64,000 nt of DNA from an uncultured Phycisphaerales bacterium (GCA_963792535.1 CAWBWQ010000001.1:384001-448000), one strand, 5' to 3'. Counted from the stretch's first letter, positions 10,154 through 22,612 are shown. Program-made: numbers and translations. The notes: generated from the sequence alone by a model not told the origin.

Positions 10154-11341
10154 ATGTCTCCAGTTGACTGGTACAGCACTGTCGAACACGCCCTTCAAGG
10201 TCGGCGCGAGCGGTCTGCACTGCGTGCTCGCCGGGCGGTTGAGGTGTTTGACTCCACTCACCTGCAGGTTGACGGGAAGCGGGTCGTTAATTTCGCTTCA
10301 AACAACTACCTCGGACTGTCGCATCACCCGCACGTGCTGGCGGCGTTCCAGGAGACCGCTCGTTTATCCGGCGTGGGGAGTGGGGCGGCGGCGCTTGTAA
10401 CCGGGCACACTCAATTCCATGCCTCTGCCGAACGAGCGTTGGCCAGGTGGAAGGGGACAGAGTCGGCAGTCATTCTGTCGAGCGGTTACGCGGCCAATCT
10501 CGCCTGCGTGCAGATGCTGGCCGCGGTGGGGCGGGGTCGCCGGGTCCGGTTTCTTATTGACAAGCTCGCGCATGCGTCACTGCTCGATGCGGTGCGCGCC
10601 GCCTGCTGGGAGGAGAAGGTAACCTTCCGTGTATTTCCGCATAACCATCTTCAAAAACTCAAGCGGTTGCTGTCCGACAGCGACGAGAAAACGCTGAACG
10701 TCGTCGTGACCGAATCGATCTTCAGCATGGACGGCGATGCTGCCGACCTGCCAGGGATCGTTGCGCTGAAGCAGCAATATCCATTTCTCCTGCTGTTGGA
10801 CGAAGCTCACGGAAGCGGGGTCTATGGGATCGACGGCGCCGGCTACGCGGCGGAGTGCGGGCTAAGCCATGAGGTGGACTTGACCGTGGTCACACTTTCA
10901 AAGGCCATTGGATGCAGTGGTGGAGCCGTCTGCGGCAGCAGGACATTATGCGAAGCGCTGGTCAATTTCGGGCGGACTTATGTTTTTTCCACGGCCATTC
11001 CACCCGCGGTCTGCGCAGCGGTTGAAACAGCTATCGCAGTGATGCACGATGAGCCCGAGCGTCAATCGCGCGTTCGCGCACTATCGCGTCAGGTGCGGGA
11101 AGGGCTGAAATTAAAAGCGGATGATTCACCAATTGTGCCGCTCGTTCTGGGAAGTGAATCGCAGGCGCTTGCAGCAGCAGACCATCTCCTGCACCAAGGG
11201 CTTTTGTGCGTGGCCGTCCGCCCTCCAACAGTGCCGATAAATACCAGCCGATTGAGGATCACCCTCAGCGCGGATCACTCGAATGAAGATATCAAAAAGC
11301 TCATCGAGACCTGTGCGCCGCTCGCGGCCCCACAGGCGTGA
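10154..11341 (+). CDS. bioF: 8-amino-7-oxononanoate synthase
   Basis: FASNNYLGL, HASLLD, SIFSMDGD, DEAHG, TLSKA, RPPTVP. Confidence 0.9.
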   Translation: MSPVDWYSTVEHALQGRRERSALRARRAVEVFDSTHLQVDGKRVVNFASNNYLGLSHHPHVLAAFQETARLSGVGSGAAALVTGHTQFHASAERALARWKGTESAVILSSGYAANLACVQMLAAVGRGRRVRFLIDKLAHASLLDAVRAACWEEKVTFRVFPHNHLQKLKRLLSDSDEKTLNVVVTESIFSMDGDAADLPGIVALKQQYPFLLLLDEAHGSGVYGIDGAGYAAECGLSHEVDLTVVTLSKAIGCSGGAVCGSRTLCEALVNFGRTYVFSTAIPPAVCAAVETAIAVMHDEPERQSRVRALSRQVREGLKLKADDSPIVPLVLGSESQALAAADHLLHQGLLCVAVRPPTVPINTSRLRITLSADHSNEDIKKLIETCAPLAAPQA

Positions 11342-11381
11342 TCTGCGCCACGTATCGCATCAAACAACCGTCCGCTCGCCT

Positions 11382-11676
11382 TCAATGAATATGCGATATG
11401 CGGGATACGTGCGGGTGGGTAGCAGCGCGCGGCGGGACGTTTGACCCGACTGCTTTGTCAATGCGCGCAATCGTCCGCGTGACGAGGTCCGCCGGCGGAC
11501 GCGATGCGGGCATCTCGCTGAGAAGATCCAGGACTTTCGAAACCTTAAGCAGACTGCTTTGCGAGACCGCCGGCGCGTGGCGTGCCGATTGACCGAGATA
11601 CCCTTGCGCCGTGGTTCAACAGCATGTCGAGGGCTTTTTCATCGTCGATTGATAGACTGCGTCTTTGTCGATGCAT
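11382..11676 (-). CDS. small hypothetical protein after ECF sigma (frameshifted; absent from ORF track)
   Basis: manual translation MHRQRRSLSIDDEKALDMLLNHG / VSKVLDLLSEMPASRPPADLVTRTIARI; AGGTGG just upstream. Confidence 0.5.
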
Positions 11677-11728
11677 GAGGTCCACCTGGTGAAGGAGGCG
11701 CTGGTTCCGATACCGTGCAACGCCACTG

Positions 11729-12445
11729 TTACGACAGGAACTGACCGGGGTTCGCGGATCGCCACCGGTCTGCGAAATGTGCGACAGCCGAATGAAGCCG
11801 GGACTTTACCGTTCCCAAGGGTATATCAAGGATGTCGCTGATTTGTTTATAGGGAAATTGGTGAAAATAAGAGAGCAGCAGGATTTCCCGGAGATGCTCT
11901 GGCATCGTCGTGACGGTCGCCTGCACTTTTTGTCGTAGTTCTTTCTGAATTAACGGCTCATCCGGCGTTTCGTCGTTGCTGCTCATCAGGTCCAAGAACT
12001 CCGCGCTGTCATCATCACCGTTGTTGATAGCCGCCTGCAGGGGGTTAGTTGGACGGCGTCCGTTGGATCTGATCAGATCGCGTGCCTTATTCGCGGCAAT
12101 GGTGAACAGCCAGGGTCGAAAACGCCGTTGAACATCAAATGTCGGGGCAGATTGGTGGATCTGTAAAAATGTCTCTTGGAACACATCCTCTGCAGCAGCG
12201 CGATCGCTTAGAAAACGCACGAGGAAATGGAAGAGTTCCCTTTCATATCGACCTACAAGCTGCTTAAAGCTGTCGCGGTCACCCTTTTGGTAAGCGGCGA
12301 TGAGTTGTTCATCAGTACGGTCAGTAATGCGGGCGCCGGGCACGTCATCGGGACCGACTTGTTTAGGAATTTCCGCGTGAATCGGGACTACTGACGCACC
12401 CTGAGTTTTATGATCCCCCTGATGATGTCTTAATGCGGTTTTCAT
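11729..12445 (-). CDS. ECF-type sigma-70 factor
   Basis: AEDVFQETF, WLFTIAAN, YKQISDILDIPLGTVKSRL. Confidence 0.92.
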   Translation of the reverse strand: MKTALRHHQGDHKTQGASVVPIHAEIPKQVGPDDVPGARITDRTDEQLIAAYQKGDRDSFKQLVGRYERELFHFLVRFLSDRAAAEDVFQETFLQIHQSAPTFDVQRRFRPWLFTIAANKARDLIRSNGRRPTNPLQAAINNGDDDSAEFLDLMSSNDETPDEPLIQKELRQKVQATVTTMPEHLREILLLSYFHQFPYKQISDILDIPLGTVKSRLHSAVAHFADRWRSANPGQFLS

Positions 12446-12535
12446 TGAAACCTTCCGGTAAATTCGTTACCGTGCTGCCGCCGTCGACTCGCCACCAAAC
12501 AACTAACCTGCGGCAGATTCAACGATACAAATCAT

Positions 12536-13714
12536 ATGCCGCCAATTTGCAAAGATCCTCAATTGAACGCCGCGAAAGATTCTTTTTATGGTCTCACCGC
12601 TGAAGAGGTGGATCAAAAGTGCATTGCCATGCACTGGCCAAAATTCCGCGGAAAACAGGTTCGCGACTGGGTATACGAAAAACATGTCACAGACCCCGGT
12701 GCCATGACCAATCTGTCGGCCCGCGACAGCGCTGCCCTTTCAGCAGCGTTTGTGTTGGACAACGCTGTGATCGTCAAACAACAGCAAAGTGAAGACGGCA
12801 CCCTTAAACTGCTGCTCGGCTGGAATAAAGACGGCGAGACCGCTGCTGACATTTCGAATGGAATTCCTCAAACGCAGGCCGAGACGGTGATGATCCCCGA
12901 CGCCGACCGGAGAACCGCCTGCGTGAGTTCCCAGGTGGGTTGTCCGGTGGGTTGCCGCTTCTGCGCCAGCGGAATCGGCGGTGTGAAGCGTAATCTGACG
13001 GCGGCTCAGATCGTCGAGCAGGTGATTGCGCTGAATAAAGCGTTGGCCCTCGCAAACCCAAGTCGGTTGCCGCGCGATAATCGAGTGAATCATGTCGTGT
13101 TCATGGGTATGGGTGAACCGCTGGCGAATTATGCGAATCTCATGCAGGCGATTCGCGTATTGCACGACCCGGGGTGTCTGAATATCGGCGGGCGCAAAAT
13201 CACGGTCTCCACCGTGGGCGTGCCGTCGAAGATACGCGAGCTGGCCAATGAACAACTCCCGATTAACCTGGCGATTTCGCTGCACGCGCCCGACGAAGCG
13301 CTGCGGAGGCAGTTGATCCCCTGGGCGGAGCATTTTTCGATCGATGAGATTCTCTCCGCTGCCAGGTATTACTTCGACAAGACAGGTCGCGAGATCACGC
13401 TTGAATACATTTTGCTTGCCGGTGTAAACGATCAGGCGGAGCATGCGACACAACTGGCCAGGCTATGCCGGACCCTCCGGGCAAATGTAAATCTGATTCG
13501 CTACAACGAAGTGGAAGGTCTCCCCTTCGGCAGGCCGGTGGCGCGGGATGTGGTTGTTTTTCAGGACGTTCTGCGCGAAGCAGGGGTAAATACCCATGTG
13601 CGAAAGAGTCGCGGAAGAGACATCGACGCTGCCTGCGGGCAACTGCGCCGCAAAGCAGCGGGCGAGGAACTCATAGCGATAGCGCCGGTGACAACAGCGA
13701 TCCCAAGCGAGTAA
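12536..13714 (+). CDS. rlmN: 23S rRNA/tRNA m2A methyltransferase RlmN
   Basis: CVSSQVGCPVGCRFC, FMGMGEP, DIDAACGQL. Confidence 0.95.
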   Translation: MPPICKDPQLNAAKDSFYGLTAEEVDQKCIAMHWPKFRGKQVRDWVYEKHVTDPGAMTNLSARDSAALSAAFVLDNAVIVKQQQSEDGTLKLLLGWNKDGETAADISNGIPQTQAETVMIPDADRRTACVSSQVGCPVGCRFCASGIGGVKRNLTAAQIVEQVIALNKALALANPSRLPRDNRVNHVVFMGMGEPLANYANLMQAIRVLHDPGCLNIGGRKITVSTVGVPSKIRELANEQLPINLAISLHAPDEALRRQLIPWAEHFSIDEILSAARYYFDKTGREITLEYILLAGVNDQAEHATQLARLCRTLRANVNLIRYNEVEGLPFGRPVARDVVVFQDVLREAGVNTHVRKSRGRDIDAACGQLRRKAAGEELIAIAPVTTAIPSE

Positions 13715-13814
13715 ATGCCGGCAAACTGGGGTAGATTGCTCGTTTAATACGCCAATAAAGTGCAAAATACCGGGGGATTTCGCTTCTGGCGACACTTGGT
13801 TTAAGCTACAGATC

Positions 13815-14486
13815 ATGAGGTACAAATCCATTCTGTTGTTTGGCGCACCGGGAAGTGGCAAAGGAACCCAGGGCAAAATCCTCGGATCGATCCCGGGTTT
13901 TTATCACAACGCGACGGGCGACATTTTCCGGTCGCTGGATTTACAAAGCGAGATGGGCCGTGTTTTCTGGGAATACGCGGGCCGGGGCCAGCTGGTGCCC
14001 GACGCGATCACGATCAAACTGTGGACGCAGTACATCAAGGGAATGGAGATGATCAACCAGTTCCGGCCGGAATCGGAAATCCTCGTGCTGGATGGTTTGC
14101 CGCGCGATCTCGAGCAGGCCAAGCTGGTGGAAGATACGATTGATGTGCAGAAGGTGATTTACCTGCGTTGCGCGGACCTGGGAAAAATGGTCGAGCGTCT
14201 GCGTCGCCGGGCTTTGAAAGAAAACCGGTTCGACGATGCCAACGATGAAGTAATTCATCGCCGGCTCGTGGAGTACGAGGCCAAAACGCGACCGGTACTG
14301 GATTTCTATCCAGCTCATAAAATAGAACGGATTGACGCGACAATGTCGCAGATCCGCGTGCTGGGAGATATTTTGAAAGTGCTCGTGCCTATCAAAGAAG
14401 CGCACGATGAGCGGCACCTGGCGATGGACGGCAAGGCCGTCAGTGCAACCAGCGCGGCGGCGTCGGTCATGGTGGCGGGCAACTGA
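13815..14486 (+). CDS. adk: adenylate kinase family protein
   Basis: GAPGSGKGTQ, TGDIFR, GQLVPD, LDGLPR, RFDD. Confidence 0.85.
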   Translation: MRYKSILLFGAPGSGKGTQGKILGSIPGFYHNATGDIFRSLDLQSEMGRVFWEYAGRGQLVPDAITIKLWTQYIKGMEMINQFRPESEILVLDGLPRDLEQAKLVEDTIDVQKVIYLRCADLGKMVERLRRRALKENRFDDANDEVIHRRLVEYEAKTRPVLDFYPAHKIERIDATMSQIRVLGDILKVLVPIKEAHDERHLAMDGKAVSATSAAASVMVAGN

Positions 14487-14552
14487 TCAGCTTTACTGCG
14501 CGATATTCCTGCCGCGTTACCGCCCGTTCCAATCTTCAGCAACCTGATGCTG

Positions 14553-17500
14553 TCAGACCAGCCGGATCTGGCGCGGGTCAAAAAGACCAGCGCCGAATTC
14601 ACCACAGGCCTGCTGGTGATTTTGTGCACCGCCTTGCGATAGAGATCCAACTGCGCGGTGTAAAGTGCGGCCCGGTCGTCCAGCGCGGTGCCGCTGACGC
14701 GGTCGGTTTTGTAATCCACGATCATCCAGCCTCCCTCGACCGGGACCAGGAGATCGATCCGCCCGCGGATCATCTGCTGATCCAATGGTTCGGTGGATTC
14801 GGTTGTTTCTGATAGATTCGCATAGTAGATCGGCAATTCGCGATGCAGGCGGTTGGCGTTGTCGCGGATGAGTTTTCCGATATCTGATTCGAGAAACCAT
14901 TCAAGCGCCGACATATCGACAAGAGCTGCCTGAGCATCAGTCAGGCGGCGGGTGTCAATCAAATGCTTAATCTGCGCAGAGATGGAATCCGTACCCTGCG
15001 CGAAATCGAAATGCTCCAGTACCGCATGGATGGCAGTCCCCTTATCGGCGGCGTTGGGCGGCAGTTCGCCGACCAGAAATTGTGGCTGCGCGAGCGGACT
15101 GTCTCCCGTGTTCGATGCGACCGACGACGTGCTGAGCTGCACACTGTTTTTAACAAGGCTGGTGACCGACGCGGAGGCAGCGAGATGGGCCACCGCCTGA
15201 TGTGGATAAACAGCAGTCAGCCGCGCGATGAGTTGTCGCGCCTCTTCACTTAGCAGCGGCGCGGGATCGAGCGGTTGTCCCAGTGCCTGCGATGTCTGCT
15301 GCGGCGTCAGTTCAGGCGGTGTTGAATGTGCGCCGGCCCAGCCGGCCAATTCATCGGGGGTATACTGCTGCACATTGAACTGACTGGGTAATAAACTCGC
15401 CACTGGCGCGAGCCAGTCGAGCGGAGCCTTCGCACCAAGGATCATTTCTGTCGGCATCGGACCGTGGTGACCGAGCCACTGCTGGGACCAGTCGGCGGCC
15501 TGCTTATCGGTGCAGGAGCCAGCCAGAATCAGATGCTCCTTCGCGCGGGTCATGGCGACATACAGCACGCGCAGTTCCTCAGCCAGCGCTTGCTGGCGAA
15601 GACGCTGTTGAACGACTGTGAACGCCAGCGAGGGATAACGGATTTGCCGAATGGGATCGACGACCTGAAAGCCCAGGCCCGCCGCTCGATCCAGCAAAAT
15701 CGTTCCCTGGCAGTCGCGCAGGTTGATGGCTTTGCCCAGGTCAGGCAGCAGTACAACGGGAAATTCCTGCCCCTTGGACCGATGGACGGTCATGATGCGA
15801 ACGACGTCCTCGGCCTGACTGGCGATGGACGCCTGCCCCAGATCGGTCTCCTGCTTCAGCTTTTCGAGAAAAGCGAGAAATCGCCCGAGCCCCTGGCGCT
15901 CGAACGAGCCGAACTGCGTTGCGCGATCGTGCAACTCGGTCAGGTTTGCCTGTCGTTGCTGGCCATTAGGGAGCCCGGTGACGTAGGCGAGATAGCCGGT
16001 CTGGTCGTAAATATTCCACAACACCTCAGCGACCGGGCGCTGGCGGGAGTCCTGACGCCACACGCGAAGTTTTTCGCGAAAATTCCGCAAAAAAAGCGCC
16101 AGGTCGTCTGTCTTTTCGTCGGCGTATTTCTGCACCGCGAGATGAAACGGCACGGGTGGATCGCCTTGATACGCCTGGCGAATGCGCGCGAGTTTTTCCT
16201 CAGCCCGGTCAAGGCCGGCGATGGGGCTGCGAAGCAGCGCGGCAAGCGGAATGTCTTGGCGCTGGTTATCCAGCACCGCCAGCAGGGAAAGAATGTCGTT
16301 AACTTCGGTGGCTTCGAAATATCCGCTGGCGCTTTCGGTGTAAACGGGTATCGACATCCGCCGAAGGACAGCAGCATATTGATCGGCTTTGAAACGCATC
16401 GCACGCAGGAGAATGACGATATCCCCAAACCGGACCGGTCGGACCACCGGATGTGCGCCGGCGCGATCAACGATCTGTTTCGCGGGCTGGTCCGCGCGGC
16501 CCATGATTTCAAGGATGCGTTTACCGAGGAGCATCGCTTCGCGATCCACCTGGTCGAGATCGGTTTCGTCGCTGTCGGTATCGGCAGGCGTGCCCGCATT
16601 GCCGCGCAAACCAGGTGCAACTCAACCGGCGAACCGGTAAAGCCCGGGTCGAGAGCCGGAAATGTCTGCGCCGCAATCAGCTTTTGCGCTTCATCGTAAT
16701 TCAGATCGGCAGCTTCCTCGGTCATCAGGCGCTGGAACACATTGTTAATCGTTTCGAGCAGAGGCGCACGGCTGCGGAAATTGGCCTGCAGATCGATGAC
16801 CTGACCGTTACTGCCGGCTGTTTGATACGCAGCGCGTCGGTTCAAAAACTGCGCCGTCTCTGCCAGTCGAAAACGATAGATGCTTTGTTTCACATCACCG
16901 ACGCAAAACAGATTCCGCGGAAGACCGGGGGAAGGTTTGAGGCATTCACGGCTGACCAGCGAGAGAATCGCGTCCTGCACCTGGTTGATGTCCTGATATT
17001 CGTCCACCAGCACATGCTTGAACTGGTGATGAAAACTACGGGCCAGCGGTGAGGGTGATGTCGATCCTTCGATTCGCAGGCAGCGAAGCGTCAGTTGCTC
17101 AAGATCGGCAAAATCCAACCGGGCGGTTTCGTCCTTGGCAGCGGTATATTTTTCGGCAAAGCCTGAGACCAGCGACAGAAACACATCGACATGCGGAAGC
17201 GTGAGCCGAAGTCCTTCCTTCCATTCGTCGACGCTGAACAAGAGGCTTTTGCGCCACTTGCCAGACTTCATTTCCGAGCGGATCGCGTCGACATGCGCTT
17301 TGGCGATGTCCTTGTTAGGTACCGTGGCCGCGACGGGCCTCAGGCGAGGAAATTCGATCAGCGCCGCCTCGCCGGCAAGCGCGTCAATCCCGTCCGAATC
17401 GAGAACGCTGAGCCAGTGATTGAGGGTCGTCCAGCGATCGCGGAGATCCTGCACGTAGTCGGGGAAATTTTTCAGTGCCTTTACCGATTCGCCAGCCTGG

Positions 17501-18222
17501 GCACACCGCTGGAGGATGGAAGCAAGATCGCGACGGATGCTGGCGAGATACGCCTGACCCAGTTCACTTTTTTCGATAGGAAGATCGATTGCCTGTTCTA
17601 TGCGGACGCGGGCGTCTTCGAGCCAGCCCGCAGGATCGACGACGCTGCACAGCGTGTCGTAGGCGCGCACGACCTGACGGACAAGGCGGTCGTCATCACC
17701 GTCGGCGTAGCAGTCGACGGCATTTCGGAATGCGTCATCGGCGGGATCATCGTACCGATCGGCAAACAGATCGCGGGCGGTGTCGAGCTTCAGCAGCGAT
17801 GCTTCGTCGGCATCGAGAATGCGGAATTCAGGATCGAGGCCAAGCAGATGAAAATGCTGGCGAAGCACCCGGGAACAGAAGGCGTGGAGAGTGCCGATAT
17901 TCGCCCGGTCCAGCAAAGCCAGATGCCGCTGCGTGCGTTCATCGGGCTTTTGGGCATACCGTGATGAAAGCGAGCGGGAAATCCGTGCTTTCATCTCCGC
18001 GGCGGCTGCCTCGGTGAAGGTGACGACGAGCAGGTCGCTGACCTCACAGGGTGAATCGGCATCGAAAAGCAGGTGAAGGCAGCGCTCGGCCAGCACACTG
18101 GTTTTGCCAGACCCCGCAGCGGCCGAGACGAGCAGGCTGGTGCCGGCCGTTTTTATCGCGCTCCATTGCGCGGGTGTCCACTGATGTGCCTGGGATTCAA
18201 TGGTGGTCGATGCAGATGTCAT
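14553..18222 (-). CDS. addA: helicase-nuclease AddAB subunit AddA (frameshifts near 16610 and 14580)
   Basis: AAAGSGKT, VTFTEAAA, VDEYQD, VGDVKQSIYRFR, MTVHRSKG, YVAMTRA, RGRIDLL..DYKTD nuclease. Confidence 0.92.
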
Positions 18223-18358
18223 GGTGCCCCGGCGTCAGAATGTATCCGATGGAACACGTTATGGCATCAGTGCGGTTTGGTTCAGAGAGTGCTGATAAAA
18301 CGGTAACCCCGGCGCATGTCAGGGTGTTCGAATTTCCAAGTGACTTGATGTTGAAAAT

Positions 18359-19138
18359 TTACTTCGTGAAGAATCGGGTGATTGCGTAAACAGTGGCCTG
18401 CCGCTGGATGCTGGCGATGCTTTCAAGCAGGGGGATCTGCTTGGGGCAGACCTGAACGCAATTGCCAGCTTTGCCGCAGTCGGCGACGCCGCCCGCTTCC
18501 ATCAGGGTTTCCAGACGTTCGTTCTTCAGCGTCGATCCGACAGGGTGGTCATTGAACAACCGCGCCTGACTGATGACAGCGGCGCCGACAAACTGGTTGG
18601 TAGCGGTGTACTGAGGACAGGCCTCAAGGCAGCAGCCGCAGGAGATACAGCGCGACAGTGGATAGCGTTCTTCCTGAAGTTCCTGCGAGATCGGTGCGCC
18701 GGAGCCGATGTTGTAAGTGCCATCGATGGGAACCCAGGCTTTAACGCGTTTGAGGTCATCGAACAGCCGCGTGCGATCGACGAACAGATCGCGGACAATG
18801 GGAAACTTGCTCATCGGTTCCAGCGTGATCGGTTCATCGAGCTTATCCACCAGCGCGGAGCAGGATTGACGCGTCTTCCCGTTGATGAGCATCGTGCAGG
18901 CACCGCAAACCTCTTCAAGACATCCACTATCCCAGACAGGAGTGGTCGTTGAGGTGCCGTCGACAGTAACCGGGTGAGCGGCGATGTATTGCAAACACGA
19001 AATGATGTTCATGTTCGCGCGATAGGGGACGGCAAACTCTTCGTATCTGTGCGGTTTATTAGGCCCGTCCTGGCGGCGGATGCGGATGCGGACCATTCGA
19101 TCAGAGGTAGCCTGCGTTTCTGACACGGTCGGGTTCAT
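18359..19138 (-). CDS. sdhB: succinate dehydrogenase/fumarate reductase Fe-S subunit
   Basis: CLEEVCGAC, CISCGCCLEACP, CGKAGNCVQVCP. Confidence 0.92.
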   Translation of the reverse strand: MNPTVSETQATSDRMVRIRIRRQDGPNKPHRYEEFAVPYRANMNIISCLQYIAAHPVTVDGTSTTTPVWDSGCLEEVCGACTMLINGKTRQSCSALVDKLDEPITLEPMSKFPIVRDLFVDRTRLFDDLKRVKAWVPIDGTYNIGSGAPISQELQEERYPLSRCISCGCCLEACPQYTATNQFVGAAVISQARLFNDHPVGSTLKNERLETLMEAGGVADCGKAGNCVQVCPKQIPLLESIASIQRQATVYAITRFFTK

Positions 19139-19265
19139 AAACGAATAGTACGTACGCTGAGGCACAGTCACAAGCGAGCGGCGGCTTTGCAGCGATTTTG
19201 AAAGGACCCCTGCTCGATTACCTCCGGCGGGGAGATTCCAGCAAGCGGCAATTCGCCAACCCCGA

Positions 19266-21117
19266 TCACATATTCGGCCCACCCGGCGATCCCGCGGCGG
19301 CGGCGGGTTTGGCTTGCTGCACATAAAGGGCGTACAGGCGGTGATATTCCGCGCTGTGCTGATCCAGGGTCAACTGCTTTTTCTTAACCGCGCCATTATC
19401 GCTTACGAGCAGAATCGTTTTGTTGTCTTCATCGCGCGGGTCATCACGCACATCAACAAGGGTCCAACCGGTGGTGAAATCGGTGTTTGTTCCGGCGGCG
19501 TCGACGTTACCGACCATATCCCCGGGCGTCGACACAACATCCTCCATCTGCCAGACGCCGTTCTTCCATTTGAAGATGCTGAAGTGAATCCCATGTCCCT
19601 TAACATCGACAGCGAAAAAGCTCGTATCGGATTCCACATTAACCGGGCTGGTCCATGTACTGTCGGCGCTATCCAGGGAAAACTGCTGTGCCAGGCTCGG
19701 GTCTTTGCAGAGGTTGCTTGTATGAGCCACTGGATTCGCCAGGACATACTTAAGCATGTAGCGGTAGGTGTGGCCCGCCTGCACGGTGGCGTCATGTGCC
19801 CAGACTTTGATATCGCCTTGCTGCGACGGGTCAAAAGAACCCGACGGCAGCGTCGCCGCCGACACTGCCGGGTTGGCGGGCGGTACGGGTTGAGCACCGC
19901 CCTGATACGGCGGAGCAAACGGATCGGCGCACCGGCACTGGGCAGACTCGGGGGCATCAGCATATCGCCAGGGCCACCACGCTGACCGTCGGCGGCCAAT
20001 CCGCGCCGACCGCGGCTGCTGCCCCGACTCCCCGACGGGTTGTATCCCGGCGCCATTGGATCATTGAGCGGTTGCTGCTGGTTGGGCGTGGGACGGACAT
20101 TCTTCTGATTGGCGGCCTTGATCGCCTGCCTTCGCATGTAGGCTTCGTAGAGCTCGCGTTCCTTGGGGGTCAGAAGATTTGGGTCGCCTTTGTAAGATCC
20201 GGGATCCTTCGGATCGAAACCGGAATCTATCACCGAATTGTCGGTCTGGTGCGGATCGGCCGACCCGGGCTCATACCAGGCGTCGCCTTGCAGCACCTGG
20301 TAAAACGGCGGTTGGCAGATGAGGGGAACGTTGGTCTCCGCCCAGCGCGATAGTCGCTTTGGTCGGTTGGTTTCGACTTGTTGTCCGGCAGGTCTTTCAG
20401 CTGATTGATTTCCAGCGACGGCATGGTGGTGGGGGCGCTCCAGGTGCCATCCCCTTTCTTTTCCTCGCGAACCAGTTCAACTCTTAAAACGCATGTCATC
20501 TTGAAAGACGGAGGAATCTTCGCATCGTCAAACGACTTGGAAATTAAACTGACTGGAATTGTTCCCTCGATCGTTTCCCAGTTTTTGTCCACGGCCTGTA
20601 CTGTCGAGACCGGAGAGGCCGTGGCACCGGTGGCCATGGGCTGGGGCGCGGGAACATTGGAGTGACCGTAAGCGCTCTTAATATCAGTGATCGGAGGGAG
20701 GCTCGGCAGGACTTCCACCAGCACCTTGCCGTGGGGCGTATTGGAGGCGGTGGTCTCCGATTCAACTTCCGGCACGGGCCCGATCGGTGTCCAGGGCGTT
20801 TGGAAATGTGTGACAATTGTCTTGTTGTCCGGATGCGGCAGGAACGCATTGCCTGCGCTGGGCCCAAGGTCGGGTGACGGCTGGGGAATCGCCGCGACGG
20901 TTTTATCGTTGAGTTGATTCTGCAGCGCCTGACCGGGGCCATTCCATACCAGGGGGTCCACTTCCGCCGGCGAGACGTCGCTGGAAGATCCGACATTGGC
21001 GACGCTGACGGGCTTTTTCAGGATGTAGAAATAAACGGTGTATCCGAGGAACGCGAGCCCCAGCGCCATGGCGAGCCATTGAACGTAGGACTCAAGGAAT
21101 TTTTTCACTTTTTCCAT
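19266..21117 (-). CDS. membrane-anchored hypothetical protein of the pilus alignment cluster (split into three ORFs)
   Basis: N-terminal TM; consecutive overlapping frames; HDATVQAGHTYRY fn3-like end; co-oriented with pilM. Confidence 0.55.
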
Positions 21118-21190
21118 GTTCGTTTCCCAACTCTCTTAACGACTCTTGCGTGCGTATCACAATACCGAGCAACGGATTGCCTGCTGCGTG

Positions 21191-22612
21191 TCATCGGACA
21201 AAAGCGGGGGCCCCCGGCGACATTCCGCCCGGCCCGGCCATTCCGGGTTTTGGTTGAAGCAATCCCAACGCGATTTTGATTCCATCGGGCATCAGCTTGG
21301 TAGTCCAGCTACGCATGAAAAGCTCTTCACCTTCCAGTTGAAGCCGAACCGCGGTGCCGGGTCCGTAGAGGTACCCGCGGGCGGCCTCCGTGTCGGCGTT
21401 CAACGCGAAGATGTTCTGATTGGTGATCGTAATCATTCGACCCGTGGACAGTGACTCGATGAACTCATTGACCCGTGAGGAATCGACATCAACTACCAGG
21501 TTAAATCGCACGACATCATACAGTCCGTTGGAATATCGACCCGTTGCCGAGACGGTATAAATCGGGGGGATGGCGGTTTTATCATCCCCGGTGGCGGGCA
21601 TATTAGCGATGCCGCCTCCGCCCATTCCGCCTCCCATGCCACCCGCCGCCGACGCCGGGGGAAAGGTATACATTGGAGCCGCGGGAACCTGGATCGCGAT
21701 CAACCGCTTGACTTCAGCATCGAAGATGTTGGTCGCATTCTTGTTGGCTTCCGCGATCGCGGTCGCCAGGTCCTGTTGAATCCATAACTGCATCTGGGCA
21801 TACCAGATGTCATTCAGCGGTGAACCGGATGTGGAGGAAATGACGGGGTTCACTGTGAAGGCGTCCGCTTCAACGTACATCTTGTGCTTCTTTGCAACCT
21901 CGGCTTTGAGCTTCTGCGGCAATCGGGCCGCCTCGACCGCAAAACGGGACGAGAGATCCTGAAGGTTCGTTTCTTTCCCGTTCATCGTGATGATGTCCGG
22001 CTCATAGGAATTGGTCCACAACGCATGAGCGGCCTGGTTGATCTGGTCGGGCGTAGGAGGCAGAACTCCGTTGAGGACATCATTACGGAGATTCAGAGCC
22101 TTGAAGTTGGCCAGCATCGGGTCCGGTGAGATCGGCGGGGTAGCAGCTGCATCGCCGACGCCGGTGACGGCGGGGTCGGTGTTCAGGACCTGCTTGTACA
22201 CCCCTCCGAAATTGATCGGGGAGGTGTCATACCTGTTTTTTGGAAGCACATCGGGAACCAGCGGGTCGTGCCCCTTGCGATTGAGCGTGCTCACGCTTTC
22301 CAGCATCTGATCGCTGGCTGCGGCGAATTTTTTGACTGCTTCATTCGCCAGCGCGATGGTGCTGGTGTTGGGGAAACCGTGCAACTTGCCCGGATCGGTC
22401 TGGTTGGGATCGGTAATGGGAAACGAGCGAGCTTTGTCGTATGCGCTGAGCGCCTGATACGCGTTGGAGTGATCGATTGCATCGTTCTGCAGCGTCTCGA
22501 GCATTCCGCCCAGTGGATAGAACAGCAACACGATCGCAATGATCGCAACCAGACCGCAGGACAGGGCTAAAACGTTTTTCTTGATGAAAGCAAAAATCAC
22601 TTCTTTGTTCAT
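21191..22612 (-). CDS. PilO-like membrane protein (putative)
   Basis: N-terminal TM, IWYAQMQLWIQQDL, position directly after pilM; identity inferred from synteny. Confidence 0.5.
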   Translation of the reverse strand: MNKEVIFAFIKKNVLALSCGLVAIIAIVLLFYPLGGMLETLQNDAIDHSNAYQALSAYDKARSFPITDPNQTDPGKLHGFPNTSTIALANEAVKKFAAASDQMLESVSTLNRKGHDPLVPDVLPKNRYDTSPINFGGVYKQVLNTDPAVTGVGDAAATPPISPDPMLANFKALNLRNDVLNGVLPPTPDQINQAAHALWTNSYEPDIITMNGKETNLQDLSSRFAVEAARLPQKLKAEVAKKHKMYVEADAFTVNPVISSTSGSPLNDIWYAQMQLWIQQDLATAIAEANKNATNIFDAEVKRLIAIQVPAAPMYTFPPASAAGGMGGGMGGGGIANMPATGDDKTAIPPIYTVSATGRYSNGLYDVVRFNLVVDVDSSRVNEFIESLSTGRMITITNQNIFALNADTEAARGYLYGPGTAVRLQLEGEELFMRSWTTKLMPDGIKIALGLLQPKPGMAGPGGMSPGAPAFVR

